Assembly (NCBI GenBank): GCA_963708025.1
Contig: CAVPSB010000018.1
Location: 256,001-320,000, forward strand
Reading direction: 5' to 3'
DNA length: 64,000 nt
Source: an uncultured Candidatus Rokubacteria bacterium
GTDB taxonomy: Bacteria; Methylomirabilota; Methylomirabilia; Rokubacteriales; DASRDR01
Shown here: positions 1 through 10,581 of the stretch, one piece after another
Layout: every line of letters begins with the position of its first letter
How positions within the stretch are numbered: the stretch's first letter is position 1
Position numbers and translations under genes: made by a program
The notes under the pieces: generated by a model
What the model saw: only the letters and a program-made list of their open reading frames with translations
Database searches by the model: none
Told to the model about the DNA's origin: nothing

Positions 1-603
1 GCGCGCGGCCTCGGCGTAGACCGCGGCGAACGGGCCGGGGGGGAAGGCCCCCTCGCTCCCGCCCAGCCCGATCCCCACCACGCCCTGACCGCGGTACGGG
101 GTGATCTCCTCCAGGCGCCGCTCGGCCACCGCCGGGCCGTGATCGCGGATCAGGTCAACGAGGAGGCCGAAGCCGATGCCGGAGGCGGCCGTCGCCCGCT
201 CGCCGCCGCGCAGGACCGCCTCGAGGACCCCGGCCGTCTCGAGGCCGTTTCTCGCGTAGTCGCCCGGAGACACCGAGGCTTCGACGTGCACCACCCCGCG
301 GGCCGCCAGGGCCCCCAGCACCGATTCGGCGAGGCTCTCGAAGTCGGCGTAGCGGTCGAGGAAGCCGCACTTCCAGACCCAGGCCCGGATGAAGGCCTCG
401 AAGGTGTCGAAGGCGAGCCGGGCCGTCAGCTCGTCGAGGCTCGTGAGCGGGGGCGGCGTGCGTCGCCGGACGCGCTCGAGGAGCCACGCCGGGGACATCG
501 CCCCGTCGAGGTGGAGGTGCAGCTCCACCTTCGGCGCGGCGCGGAGCCGCTCGCAGAGCTCGGGGTCGAGCGGCGAACCGCCGGGCTCCCGGCCGCCGCT
601 CAC
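1..603 (-). CDS. add: Adenosine deaminase family protein (runs off window start)
   Basis: Manual translation of the minus strand gives APKVELHLHLDGAMSP, the HxH metal motif of adenosine deaminases. GTG start at 603 overlaps the TGA of the upstream ORF. Confidence 0.85.
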   Translation of the reverse strand, partial: MSGGREPGGSPLDPELCERLRAAPKVELHLHLDGAMSPAWLLERVRRRTPPPLTSLDELTARLAFDTFEAFIRAWVWKCGFLDRYADFESLAESVLGALAARGVVHVEASVSPGDYARNGLETAGVLEAVLRGGERATAASGIGFGLLVDLIRDHGPAVAERRLEEITPYRGQGVVGIGLGGSEGAFPPGPFAAVYAEAAR

Positions 604-1505
604 CACCGATGCGCCTCCGCCGGCGGCGGTGCCGGGCTCGGCGTGAGGGAGCCGAGGTCCACCTCGGCCCGGACGGAGAGCCCGTCGGTCGGCGCGTCCC
701 GGATCTGCAGCTTCCCCTCGGTCGTCGCGACCAGCAGTCGCCCGTCGGCCGCCCAGTCGGCCCACTGGATGCCCTCCAGGGGGAGGACCCGGCCGGCCTC
801 GACGATCGCGTACCGGAGCGGTTTCGGACTCCCGGGCAGGCTGGTGCGGAACGCCGCGAAGTAGCCCCGCACCGTCAGCCGGGTCGTTCCTCCGGACCGC
901 GGGCGCACCTTCGCCATCGTCACCGCGTCCGCCCGTCGCTCATCCCACGTGTCGCCGGGGGCTCTCGGCGGCGAGTCCGGTGTCTCCGTCCAGCCGCGCC
1001 GGCGCTCGACCGCGAAGGTGGCCGGCCGGGTCACTGCGAGGCCGAAGCGCTTCCGGCACGGGCCGACCTCGCCCGCCTGTGGCGCGCCGACCTGCCAGAC
1101 CTTGCGGTCCTCGACGAAGTGCAGGCCCCGTGTCCACGTCCCGCAGGTCGTCCAGGCGGCCAGCGCGGTGAGCCAGGGCAGCCGGGAGATGGCGACGTAC
1201 GTGGCTCCGACCTCCCAGCGCGCGGATCCCTTCAGGGTGAAGTAGCAGAACCACCGGCCATCCGGCGAGAGGTCGCACCGCTGGGGGTAGAGATTCGCCC
1301 GGATCCAGGCCCCCGGCGCGTAGACGCCTCGCGCGACGTCCCACCGGCCGAGGTGCGACCACCCGGTGGGCCCTCGCCTGAGGACCGCGACGATCGGGGC
1401 GCTCGCCGCCGGGATGCCGAAGACGCGGGGCAGGGCCGCGCCTCGCGCGCCCGGCGACGGGTGGGCTCGCGCGCCACCTACCGGCCGAGGACGTCCCCGA
1501 GCCAC
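600..1505 (-). CDS. Conserved hypothetical protein
   Basis: 301-aa ORF with protein-like composition (LYPQRCDLSPDGRWFCYF), overlapping its neighbours in an operon. Confidence 0.7.
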   Translation of the reverse strand: MARGRPRPVGGARAHPSPGARGAALPRVFGIPAASAPIVAVLRRGPTGWSHLGRWDVARGVYAPGAWIRANLYPQRCDLSPDGRWFCYFTLKGSARWEVGATYVAISRLPWLTALAAWTTCGTWTRGLHFVEDRKVWQVGAPQAGEVGPCRKRFGLAVTRPATFAVERRRGWTETPDSPPRAPGDTWDERRADAVTMAKVRPRSGGTTRLTVRGYFAAFRTSLPGSPKPLRYAIVEAGRVLPLEGIQWADWAADGRLLVATTEGKLQIRDAPTDGLSVRAEVDLGSLTPSPAPPPAEAHRW

Positions 1506-2374
1506 CCGTCCATGATCCTGGCCAGCTCGTCCTGGTGCTTGGTGAAGCCGTGGTCGGCGCCCGGGATCTCGACGAGGTCAACCCGGGGCGCACGGGTCGC
1601 GGCCGCCTTCAGACGTCGCCCGACCTCCAGGTCAACCAGGGCGTCGGCGGGCGAGTAGATAAGGAGGACCGGTGTCGAGACCTGCGCGATGTTCCGGTAC
1701 GGGTCGGAGCGCGTCTGCGGCCCGCGGAGGCTGACCAGGTGGTCGGCGGAATAGAGGGCCTTGCCGAGGGGGCCGAGGTCGATCAGCATCAGCTCCTTGC
1801 CCCGGCCCTCGCGCTGCCAGCGCAGCGCCTCGTCGAGGACCTGGGTGGCCCGCTCGCGGCCGAACTGGCGGACGTTCCACTCGAAGGCGTTGCCGGGGCC
1901 GGCCAGCAGCGCGACCGCCCGCACCCGTGGGTCCCGCGTCTCGGCCGCGTAGTGGAGGGCGCTGTTCGTCCCCAGGCTGTGGCCCACCAGCGCGACCGGC
2001 GCGGCGCCGCGGCGCCCCAGCTCGTCGAGCGCCGCCTGCACGTCGAACCGGTTCTCCTCGAAGAGCGTGGTCTTGGGCCCGCCGTCGTGGTCGCGCAGGT
2101 TGACGGCGATCGCCACGAAGCCGCGCTCGGCGAGCCGGGGGGCGAGGGGCCCCTGGGCTCCCGAGTAGAAGTTCGAGCCGTAGCCGTGGACTAGCATCAC
2201 CCCGGCCCGGGGCGCCCGGCCGGCCGGAGCGTACACCAGCCCCACCGTGCCCCGGCCGTCGGCCGTCCCCAGCCGCACGAGCTCGGTCGTGACCGCGCCC
2301 GGCTGCGCGCTCGCGGCCAGCGTGACCAGCGTGACCAGCACCACTACAACCGTCACGGGGCGCAACGAGCGCAT
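1478..2374 (-). CDS. Secreted alpha/beta hydrolase
   Basis: GGAGGT RBS before ATG 2374, signal peptide, HGYGS oxyanion motif, GHSLG nucleophile elbow, C-terminal GADH. Confidence 0.85.
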   Translation of the reverse strand: MRSLRPVTVVVVLVTLVTLAASAQPGAVTTELVRLGTADGRGTVGLVYAPAGRAPRAGVMLVHGYGSNFYSGAQGPLAPRLAERGFVAIAVNLRDHDGGPKTTLFEENRFDVQAALDELGRRGAAPVALVGHSLGTNSALHYAAETRDPRVRAVALLAGPGNAFEWNVRQFGRERATQVLDEALRWQREGRGKELMLIDLGPLGKALYSADHLVSLRGPQTRSDPYRNIAQVSTPVLLIYSPADALVDLEVGRRLKAAATRAPRVDLVEIPGADHGFTKHQDELARIMDGWLGDVLGR

Positions 2375-2458
2375 CGAACCTCCAGGGGACGGCGTCGCGT
2401 CCAGCGTAACACGCCGCGCTGGTCTCCCGATCCGGTCCGATCCTTCAGGGCGGGGTTT

Positions 2459-2522
2459 CCTGTCATCGCCGTCGATAACAAGGCCAGCCGCTATTTTCGA
2501 CAACATGGCTTTCCGAAAATAG
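2459..2522. repeat. 64-bp module with palindrome CTATTTTCG-N14-CGAAAATAG, copy 1
   Basis: Hand alignment gives 46/64 identity to 5141-5204 in the same orientation, with the palindrome arms conserved. Confidence 0.8.
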
Positions 2523-2537
2523 AGCCGGGTGGTCGGA

Positions 2538-3968
2538 TCAAATGATCGCGGCCGCTGAAGGCGGAGGACCTGGAGACGGTCCAGCTGCGCTCGCTGTCGG
2601 CGCGGTCGGGCAGGAGCCGGAAGAACTCCTCGAACGGGCGAGCGGTGAGCGGGGCTTCTTGCCGACCTTGACGTCGGACAGGTCGTAGTACCAGATGCGC
2701 TCGGTCGGCTCGCCCTTGGTGAAGAAGAGCAGGTTGGTCTTGACGCCGGCGCCGGCCGCGGTGAACGACGCCGGCCGGGCAGGCTGACGATGCACCACAG
2801 GTCGCACTCGTCCAGCAGCTTGCGCTTGGTCTGGACGAAGGCGTCTCGTTGGTGCGGAAGAGCACGCCCTCGTCGAGCACGATGCCGCACCGGCCGCCCG
2901 GCTTCAGGCTGGTCGATGACGTGCTGCAGGAAGAGCACCTGGGTGGCGCCGGTCTTGTAGGCGAAGCTGGGTCTGGGCGTCCTTGCCCTCCTTGCCGCCG
3001 AAGGGCGGGTTCATCAGGATCACGTCGTACAGCGGCGGGCGCATCCTGCGAACAGGCCGCCGTAGGTCTCCGTCGCCGGTCAGGGTGTTGCCGTGCCAGA
3101 TGTGCGGGCTCGTCGATGCCGTGCAGCACGAGGTTGGCCAGGGCGATGGGGTAGATGAGGTTGTCCTTCTCGCGGCCGTAGAAGGTGCGCTGCTTCAGGG
3201 TCTCCGAGCTGATCGGCGGTGCGATCGGGCGTCGCCCGGGCCCGGCGCATGTGCTCGAAGGCCTGGGCCAGGAAGCCGCCCGTGCCGCAGCCGGGGTCGT
3301 AGACCGTCTCGCCGAGCCGCGGGTCGATCGACCCGGACCATCGCCCGGATGACCTCGCGCGGGGTGAAGAACTGGCCGCCGTCGTTGCCCTTCTCGCCCA
3401 TCTTCAGCAGCAGCCCCTCGTAGACCTGGGAGAGGGTGAAGACGTGCGTGGCGTCCACGGCCTCGGCGCTGATCTCGTGGACCTTGTCGAGCACGTCGCA
3501 GGAAGTTGCGCTCGGTGTCGATGCGCACCCGCTCGACGCCGGACATGATCTCGCTGATGACCTTCTGGCGCGGCGTGGCGTTCGGGCCGCTCGCGCAGGT
3601 CCTCGCAGGTGAGGGCAGCAGCTCGCCGTTGACGAAGCCGAAGAACGCCGCCCAGCGCGCCGTCTGTCGAGCTCGCGCCCGCTTCGGCGCCGCCGGGGGC
3701 GGCCCAGTCCTGCCAGCGGTAGGGGGCTTCCAGCGACGGGCGTGAACTCGGCGCCCACGGCCTCGGCCTCGCTCGGCCTCGCGCCGCCTCGCGCTCGTCG
3801 AGGATGCGCAGGAAGAGGATCCAGGTCAGCTCCGGGACGTACTGCAGCGCGCCGGCGCAGTTGGAGCGGCGCATGATGTCGCAGATCGACCAGATCGCGG
3901 CGTCGAACGGACTGCCGGGTCGTGAGCCGCTTGCCGTTGTCTGCGCTCTTCCGAGACGCGCGGGCCAT
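2538..3968 (-). CDS. hsdM: Type I RM methyltransferase subunit M (frameshifted, C-terminus apparently truncated)
   Basis: Fragments in several frames: IMRRSNCAGALQYVPELTWILFL, GQFFTPREVI, YDPGCGTGGFL, NPPFGGKEG, GAGVKTNLLFF. Similarity appears to stop after SERSWTVS. Confidence 0.85.
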
Positions 3969-5138
3969 CACTGGCCTCTCTCGGGTGCGAGCGGCGTCGG
4001 CTCCTCGAGGATGTCCAGGATTGCCCGCGCGCAGTAGACCCGGTCGCGCTTGGCGTCCGTCGTGCGGCTCAGAATGTCGAGCGACTCCAGCCGGTCAACG
4101 GCTCGCTGTGCCGTGGTGAAGGCAACGCCGAGGCGCTCCGCCACGCGACGGACGGTCCAGTACGGATTCTCCGCGAGCCGGTTCAACCAGTGTCGCGAGA
4201 GGCTTCGAGGGGATTCCCGCGACGCCGAGACGCCACCTGACCAGCAGGTCGTTGATCCGCGTCGCCCGGCTGAGGGCGTCCTCGGCCTGACGCGCCACGC
4301 CGGTCAGGAAGTATTCCAGCCACGCGTCCCACTCGCTCCGCTCGGTCACCCCGCGCAGCCGCTCGTAGTAGTCCTCTCGCGTGGCCTCGAAGAAGGCGCT
4401 CAGGTAGAGGAGCGGCGCCGGCAGCACGCCGCGGGCGACCAGGAACAGGGTGATCAGCAGCCGCCCGACGCGGCCGTTGCCGTCGAGGAAGGGGTGGATG
4501 GCCTCGAACTGGTAGTGGGCCAGCGCGACCTGTGCGAGCGGGGGCAGCGAGCGTGTCGTGGAGGAACTTCTCCCAGGCGCCGAGCGCGGCCATCAGCTCG
4601 ACCGGGGGGCGGCGGGACGTAGGTCGCATCGGCGAGCGTGCAGCCCGGCGGCCCGATCCAGTTCTGGGACCGGCGGAACTCGCCCAGGGGTGGCCTGGTT
4701 GCCGCGTACGCCCTCCATGAGCCGGGCGTGCAGCTCGCGGACGAGCCGCAGCGAGAGCGGCAGCTTGCGAAGCCGCTCGATGCCATGCTCGAGGGCCACG
4801 ACGTAGTTGCCCACTTCGCGGAGATCGGCCGGGCTGCGGGCGACCGCGGCGCCGGCTTCGGCTGCCAGCAGCTCGCCCAGGGTCGCCTGGGTTCCCTCGA
4901 TGCGGCTCGACAGCACCGCCTCGCGCCGGACGAACGGCCGGATCAGCAGATGCGGGTTGGGCAGGCGCCCCCCCTCGCCGGCCAGGCGGCCGACGGCGCG
5001 GTCGGCCTCCGAGAGGAGCCGCATCAGCCGCGCCGACCAGGTGAGCGGCGGGGGGAGGGGGCTGGGCAGGAACGCCGTGTACCCTTCCGAGACACGGACC
5101 AGACGCCCGGCCGGCCGCCCCCGGGCGGTCAACGCCAT
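3968..5138 (-). CDS. Fic family protein with C-terminal HTH (frameshifted)
   Basis: N-terminal REAVLSSRIEGT, Fic motif HPFLDGNGRVGR, HTH-like tail (TVRRVAERLGVAFTTAQRAV). Confidence 0.85.
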
Positions 5139-5140
5139 GG

Positions 5141-5204
5141 CCTGTTTTCGCCGCCGCTAATAGCACCGGCCACTATTTTCGAATCCATGGTAAATCGAAA
5201 ATAG
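5141..5204. promoter_or_regulatory. 64-bp palindromic module, copy 2; putative operator/promoter upstream of fic
   Basis: CACTATTTTCGA-N12-TCGAAAATAGTG is a perfect 12-bp inverted repeat about 35 nt upstream of the fic ATG. Confidence 0.6.
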
Positions 5205-5257
5205 TGCCACGCCCGCCCGGAGTCAAGCCGACCGGGTCGTTCTCGCGTCGGCCGGCC

Positions 5258-6539
5258 TCAAAGCTCCCCTGAAAACGCCCGGCGCAGCAACGCCGCCGGC
5301 AGGGCCTCCATGGCAGCCAGTTCCTCCGCGACCACCTTGTACATCCGATCGGCCTCGGCGAGCCTCTCCGTCAACGCCGCCGCGATCCGTTTCTGCTCGA
5401 CGAGTGGAGGGACGCACACTTCGAACGCTTGGACCGTTGGCATGTATACCGCCTGATGGATCGCCCCGCTGGACAGTGAGCGGATGTATTGCCTCGAGGC
5501 TCTCAAGAGGAGGGCCAGGAAGTGCGGATCGAGCTCGGGGCCGCAGACCCAGTTGACGAAGTCCTGACTGGTCGCCATCTCGCGGCCCATGATCGTGACG
5601 AAGCCCACCGACGCCGTCCGTGACAGCACCACGGTCCCTGCGGGTAGCACCCGCGCCGCCGAATTGGCGATGCCGGCGTCGTTCGTGTACTCGCGCGTCT
5701 CGAACGCGACCTTGCCGTCGAGCCCGCGGATGTCAGGCAGGGCTATCCAGGGAATGATCCCGCCCCACCACTCCGGGTGGCCTCGGCTTGGAGTGTGGCC
5801 GCTCTCCAGTCGTGCGAGGGTCACGAGGCGTTTCCACGCCCAGCCCCTCGGCGCGCCACCCTTCACCGAGCCGACTCCGAGTGGCGTGATGCCATGAAAG
5901 GCGCTCCGCAAGTACGATGGCCCGAGGGAACCGGCCGCTTCGAGTCGCGCGACCGCTGCCGCGCGCGCCCGCGCGACCGCTGCCGTCTCGTTGCTCAACC
6001 GCCCCACGACTTTTCGTTGCTCATCGAGTGGGCCAATTGGTAGACGAATGTTTGCGAGGTTCCGTTGGTTGATCTTGTAGATACCGGCAGATGTCTTGGC
6101 GATCGCTTCGATCGCCAAACGTACCTCGCTGCGATCCCAGATCAAACGGAGATATCGTGAATCGACGACATCGGGATTCGGGATTACTTGGATCAAGAGG
6201 TCTGGGTATAGTACGGGCGCGCCGATCTCTGGTGGGGCGAGGCCGCCTCGGCCTACAAGTGAGCGATTTCCATTTCCCCGAATGACATAGAATGCACCTG
6301 GTCTGACCCAATTGCCTTCTGCCTCATGCTCACTGACGTTGAACGGGCTTGCAACTTCCTACATCCAGATGGCCGTCTCTGACAGCGGACAGAGTAAGGC
6401 ATCGTATCGACCCGGTAGGTAACGCGGTCTTGGAGATACCGGTCTTCAGCGGCTCCAGGAGGAGATCGCTGAGCCGAAGCGATACCCATCCTTTTTGGAG
6501 ATCGACCGACCCGGAACTTCCGGTAGTCGGTTTGTGCAT
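5258..6539 (-). CDS. hsdS: Type I RM specificity subunit S (one frameshift near 6340)
   Basis: Two TRDs with conserved helices (PLDEQRKVV, PPLVEQKRIAAAL, LLRRAFSGEL). The N-terminal ORF 6330-6539 joins the 5258-6196 frame. Confidence 0.9.
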
Positions 6540-7366
6540 CAGAACTGGAGCCTCTTGATGCTCGGTGTTCCCGGCACATAGACCACGGCGTTCTCCAGTT
6601 TTCTGAAGAGAAATGAGATGAGGGCCAGGACGTCGAGCGCATCCTCGCGAGACGTTGGCCAGTTAAGTTCCGGTTCATGGGCTTGAGGGTTACGGACCGC
6701 ATTCATGAGTCCCATGCAGAGAAACATGATTCCTTGCTGCTCGTCCTTTTCGCTCTGCGACGTTTGGCTATTCAGCTTTACCGGTCCACCTAGGCTCAAA
6801 GCTTCGCTCATCAATGCCTGACCGCTCTTCGGGATCTGCGTAACATCTCGCACGGCGGTATCGAGGGCCTTGCAGCATTCGAAGACGGCGTGGAAGTAGG
6901 CCCGCCTGCTAAAGTGAGTCCGGCCATGGCGAACGACCTCGGGGTGAAACGCGCGTATGTCGAAGGCCACTTCATCGGGTGATTTGGTCTGCCGGACGGT
7001 TGTAGCCGAGACTCCTGTGTTGATCAGATTGCCGTCCTCGCTAATCCGCAATCCGTAGAATTCGAGGACCGAGTTGACAGCACTCAGTAGCCGCTCGAAC
7101 TCCTCTGGTCTGCCAATCCAGCCCTGGGGATTGCACGCTGTCTTGAGTACTTGTAGGACTCCGTTTGGGCTTCCTGCCGATCGAGCCTGAAGTTGTTGGA
7201 AGGCGGCTGCTACAAAGCGCCACTTTGTTCCACCGTCATGAACAATGTCGGGGTACCCGCTACGCTTGAAGAGTCTGGTGATCTCACTCCCCGAGCAGTT
7301 GTCGCCGACGATCTGTGCAAGGGCTTCAATCGCCTCAGCCCTAAACGGTTGCAGGTCGGTGCTCAC
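6539..7366 (-). CDS. TIGR02391 (Ymh-like, HEPN RxxxxH) protein
   Basis: YFHAVFECCK...SEKDEQQG...VRNPQAHE family pattern. The GTG start overlaps the hsdR stop and its own stop overlaps the hsdS ATG. Confidence 0.8.
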   Translation of the reverse strand: MSTDLQPFRAEAIEALAQIVGDNCSGSEITRLFKRSGYPDIVHDGGTKWRFVAAAFQQLQARSAGSPNGVLQVLKTACNPQGWIGRPEEFERLLSAVNSVLEFYGLRISEDGNLINTGVSATTVRQTKSPDEVAFDIRAFHPEVVRHGRTHFSRRAYFHAVFECCKALDTAVRDVTQIPKSGQALMSEALSLGGPVKLNSQTSQSEKDEQQGIMFLCMGLMNAVRNPQAHEPELNWPTSREDALDVLALISFLFRKLENAVVYVPGTPSIKRLQF

Positions 7367-9752
7367 GCGGCGAACAGCCTCGCCTTGGTCTCGCGAAGGA
7401 TGTCGGCCGGTCTCCCGAGGGCCCTCAGGGCTGCCAGGCCGCCGGCGCGGATGACCTCGGGTGTCTCGAAGATCTGCGGGTTCTCCAGACCGTCGGTGCC
7501 GCCGCGGGCGAACTGGGAGGCGAGCGCTCGCAGCGTGGCTGCGGTGCCGTCGGGCAGGGACGCGAGCCAGGCGGCGTGCTTGTAGGTGAAGGCGTCGGCG
7601 CGGGCGACACGCGTTCGCGGAGCGAGGCCGTAGCCCAGCTCGGCGAGCACGTCGTAGAGGTCGTAGTCGGTCATGTCCTCGAGCGCCCGGCACCAGGAAG
7701 GGCGAGCGGCCGGCGTCGGGCAGCTTGCCGAGCAGCGCCCGTCGGTCTGGGGGTGCGATCCAGCAGCCGCGGAAGGCTTCGAGCGTCGGGGCCTCCTCGA
7801 CGAGCTTCGCGGCGAGGCGCTCCTTGTATTCCTCGACGGTGACCGGCTGGGCCTTGCCGTCCACCGTCGTCACGATGTAGCGCCCGGCGTCGGTGACGCG
7901 GACGTCGAACCCCTCGACCAGGAGCGTCCGCTCCGGCGGCTCGGGCGGCGTGGCAACCGCCGCCCTCGCCCGGCGTTCGAGGCGGCGTCGCCTTCGTGAC
8001 GGAACTCCTCGCCGAAGAGGCGCGTCGCGTCGGTGTAGTCGTACACGCGGAACATCAGCTTGCCGGTCGGCGGGTCGAGGCGCGTCCCGCGGCCGACCAT
8101 CTGGTAGAAGGCGATCGGGCGAGCGGACGTACTTGAAGAAGACGATGTTGCGGACGCAGGGCACGTCCACGCCGGTGGTCAGCAGGTCCACGGTGGTGGC
8201 GATGAAATGGTGGCGCGAGGCGCCGCGCAGATCGGGCAGGTAGTCGGCGCCGTCGCTCGCGGCCGTGCACTTGAAGGCGTAGGGGTCGAGCCGCGGCCGA
8301 CCGTTCGCCGCGCACCACGCGGCGTAGAGGTTGTTCAGGGCGATGGCGACGTCGTCGGCGTGGCGGTCACGGGCGCAGAAGATGATCGTCTTCTGCTCCG
8401 GTCCGCCGGTCGCGATCAGGTGCTCGAAGAGGTCGCGGCACATGGCGGCGACCCGCTCGGGCAGGAGCAGCCGGTCCTCGAAGCTGTGGGCCTCGTAGTG
8501 CTCGCGCGCGCGGTCCGCGCCGAGCAGCTCGCCGGTAGTCGCGTCGACGATCGATCTTCTCGGCGAGGTCTCCTTGATCGATCCCGCTCGCGCGCTCGCT
8601 GACGCGGCTTGTCGTCGAGGAAGATGTCGCGCCGGACGATCTCGCAGGCCGCCAGGTAGCCGTCGTCGATCCCCTGGCTCATGTCGTACTCGTAGACCGG
8701 CTCGCCGAAGTGCCGGAGGTTGTCGGCGCTGACCTGGCGATCGGCCTCCGCCTCCCGGCTCCGCTCGGTGCACCTCGAGCTTCCGGGGCGTGGCGGTGAG
8801 GCCGACCTGCACGGCGTTCGGGGTTCCGGGTCAGGACCTGCGACCACTTGCCCCAGGCCGAGCGGTGGCACTCGTCGATGACGATGTGGCTGAAGTAGTT
8901 CTCCGGGTAGTGCCGGATCAGGAAGTTGGCATCGGCTTCGTCGGTGTCGACGTCGAGGGTCTGGTAGGTCGCGACGAGAATCCGGGCGTTCTTCTGCGGG
9001 ATTGGCGCCGGACACCTCGGCGGCGTCGGAGCCGAAGGCGTCGCGTGGAAGGCGCCGAGCCCCTGCGTGCGCAGCTCGTCGCGGTCGCAGACGAAGAGGG
9101 CGCGACGGAGCTGGCCGGCGTCGGCGATGCGCCGGAGCAGGTTGACGGCGATGAAGGTCTTGCCGGAGCCGGTGGCCAGGGAGAGAAGGGCGCGCTTCTC
9201 GCCGCGGGCGAGCTTCTCGAGGACCGCGCGGATCGCGGCGTCCTGGTAGTAGCGTCGGGTGGCTTCGCCGCCGGGGTAGCGCGTGAGGAGCGGGCGGGCC
9301 GCGGGCGATTCCGAGGCCGAAGCCCATGCCCTGCTCGTATCGGGCGCGCAGATCGGCCGGCGTGGGGAACTCGGCGAGCGGCGCGCGGCGCGTGCGTGAG
9401 CCCGGTGAAGCGGTCGAACTCCACGAACCGGTGTCCGTTGGAGGCGAAGACGAACGGGACGTTCAGACGCTTGCAGCGCCGAGTAGAGCTTTCCCTGCTC
9501 CAGCCCGTGCGCCGGCGGCAGGTGCTCCGCCTTGGCCTCGATGAGGGCGACCGCGACCGGCTGGGTGTCGGGATTGACCTTGACCCGGAGAGTGTAGTCC
9601 ACCCGTCCACGGGCCTGCCGTCGGGGCCGGCCGTCGACGATCTCGATCGCGCCGGCGGTCTCCTCGCGGCGGACCAAGTCCTCCGTCCAGCCGCGCGCGT
9701 GCAGGGCTGGATCGATGAGCTTGGCCCTGGTGTCCGCTTCCCCGAGCGGCAT
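7363..9752 (-). CDS. hsdR: Type I RM restriction subunit R, EcoAI/EcoEI-like (multiple frameshifts)
   Basis: EADTRAKLIDPAL N-terminus, IEAK nuclease motif, ATGSGKT, DECHRS, GLTATP, MVGRGTR, C-terminal DLYDVLAELGYG. Confidence 0.9.
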
Positions 9753-9760
9753 GCGGGGCG

Positions 9761-9789
9761 ATTATAGACGACGGGGACCTCGGTCCCAA
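9761..9789 (-). promoter_or_regulatory. Putative sigma70 promoter for hsdR (leaderless or near-leaderless)
   Basis: TTGGGA-N17-TATAAT, 8 nt before the ATG at 9752, with no SD. Confidence 0.55.
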
Positions 9790-9895
9790 ATGGGCGGAGA
9801 ATGCCTGGCCAAGCGCAGGTTTGGGCCCCCGGACTGCTTGACGGGGCCAGGGGCGTGTGGTCTCATGCCCTGCACACAGGAGGCCGAATCGGGGC

Positions 9896-10531
9896 ATGGC
9901 CGGCAGGGGGGTGCGCGGCTGGTTCAAGGTCCGCTTCATCACCGGCTTCTTCGTCACGGTCCCGGTGGTTGTCACCTCCTACGTCCTCTGGATCTTCTAC
10001 AGCGAGGTCAACGGCTTCCTCTCTCCCGTCTACGAGCAGATCCTGGGCCGGCACGTCCCGGCGCTGGGCTTCCTGACCGCGGTGGTCATCATCTTCTGCG
10101 TGGGGATCATCGCGACCAACGTCGTCGGGCGCCGCGTGCTCTACTGGGCGGAGCGGCTGCTACGCCGGGTGCCGATCTTCGGGCGGGTCTACCCGGCGGT
10201 GAAGGACCTGATCGAGGCCTTCTCGCCCCAGCGGCGGAGCGGCTTCCGGGAGTTCGTCATCGTCGAGCACCCGAGGGAAGGGATCTACACCTACGGGTTC
10301 CGGACCGGCGAGGTCCGGGTGGAGGCGGCCAAGCCGGAGCCGCTGGTGACCGTGTACGTGCCGACGAACCACCTCTACCTCGGCGACATCATCCTTGTCC
10401 CCCGGAGCGGCGTCCTGCCGACAGGCCTGTCGATCGAGGAAGGCATCCGGATCATCCTCTCCGCCGGCACCGCCGCCCCACGCCGGATCCCCAGCCCGGG
10501 GGTCGGGGAATCCGACGTCGGCCCCAAGTGA
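9896..10531 (+). CDS. DUF502 membrane protein
   Basis: FITGFFVTVP, two TM segments, VIVEHPREG, VYVPT, SIEEGIRIILSAG. Confidence 0.85.
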   Translation: MAGRGVRGWFKVRFITGFFVTVPVVVTSYVLWIFYSEVNGFLSPVYEQILGRHVPALGFLTAVVIIFCVGIIATNVVGRRVLYWAERLLRRVPIFGRVYPAVKDLIEAFSPQRRSGFREFVIVEHPREGIYTYGFRTGEVRVEAAKPEPLVTVYVPTNHLYLGDIILVPRSGVLPTGLSIEEGIRIILSAGTAAPRRIPSPGVGESDVGPK

Positions 10532-10581
10532 GCTAGAATGGGCCGGAAGCGACGCGACCGATCCCCAAGGAGTCCCCACCG

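Noticed and set aside
1478-2938. HsdM-hydrolase fusion in the ORF track
   Set aside because: The hydrolase has its own RBS, ATG (2374) and signal peptide. The upstream part is chance read-through.
6539-8812. 757-aa HsdR-TIGR02391 fusion in the ORF track
   Set aside because: Frameshift artefact. hsdR has its own stop at 7363, overlapping the GTG of the next gene.
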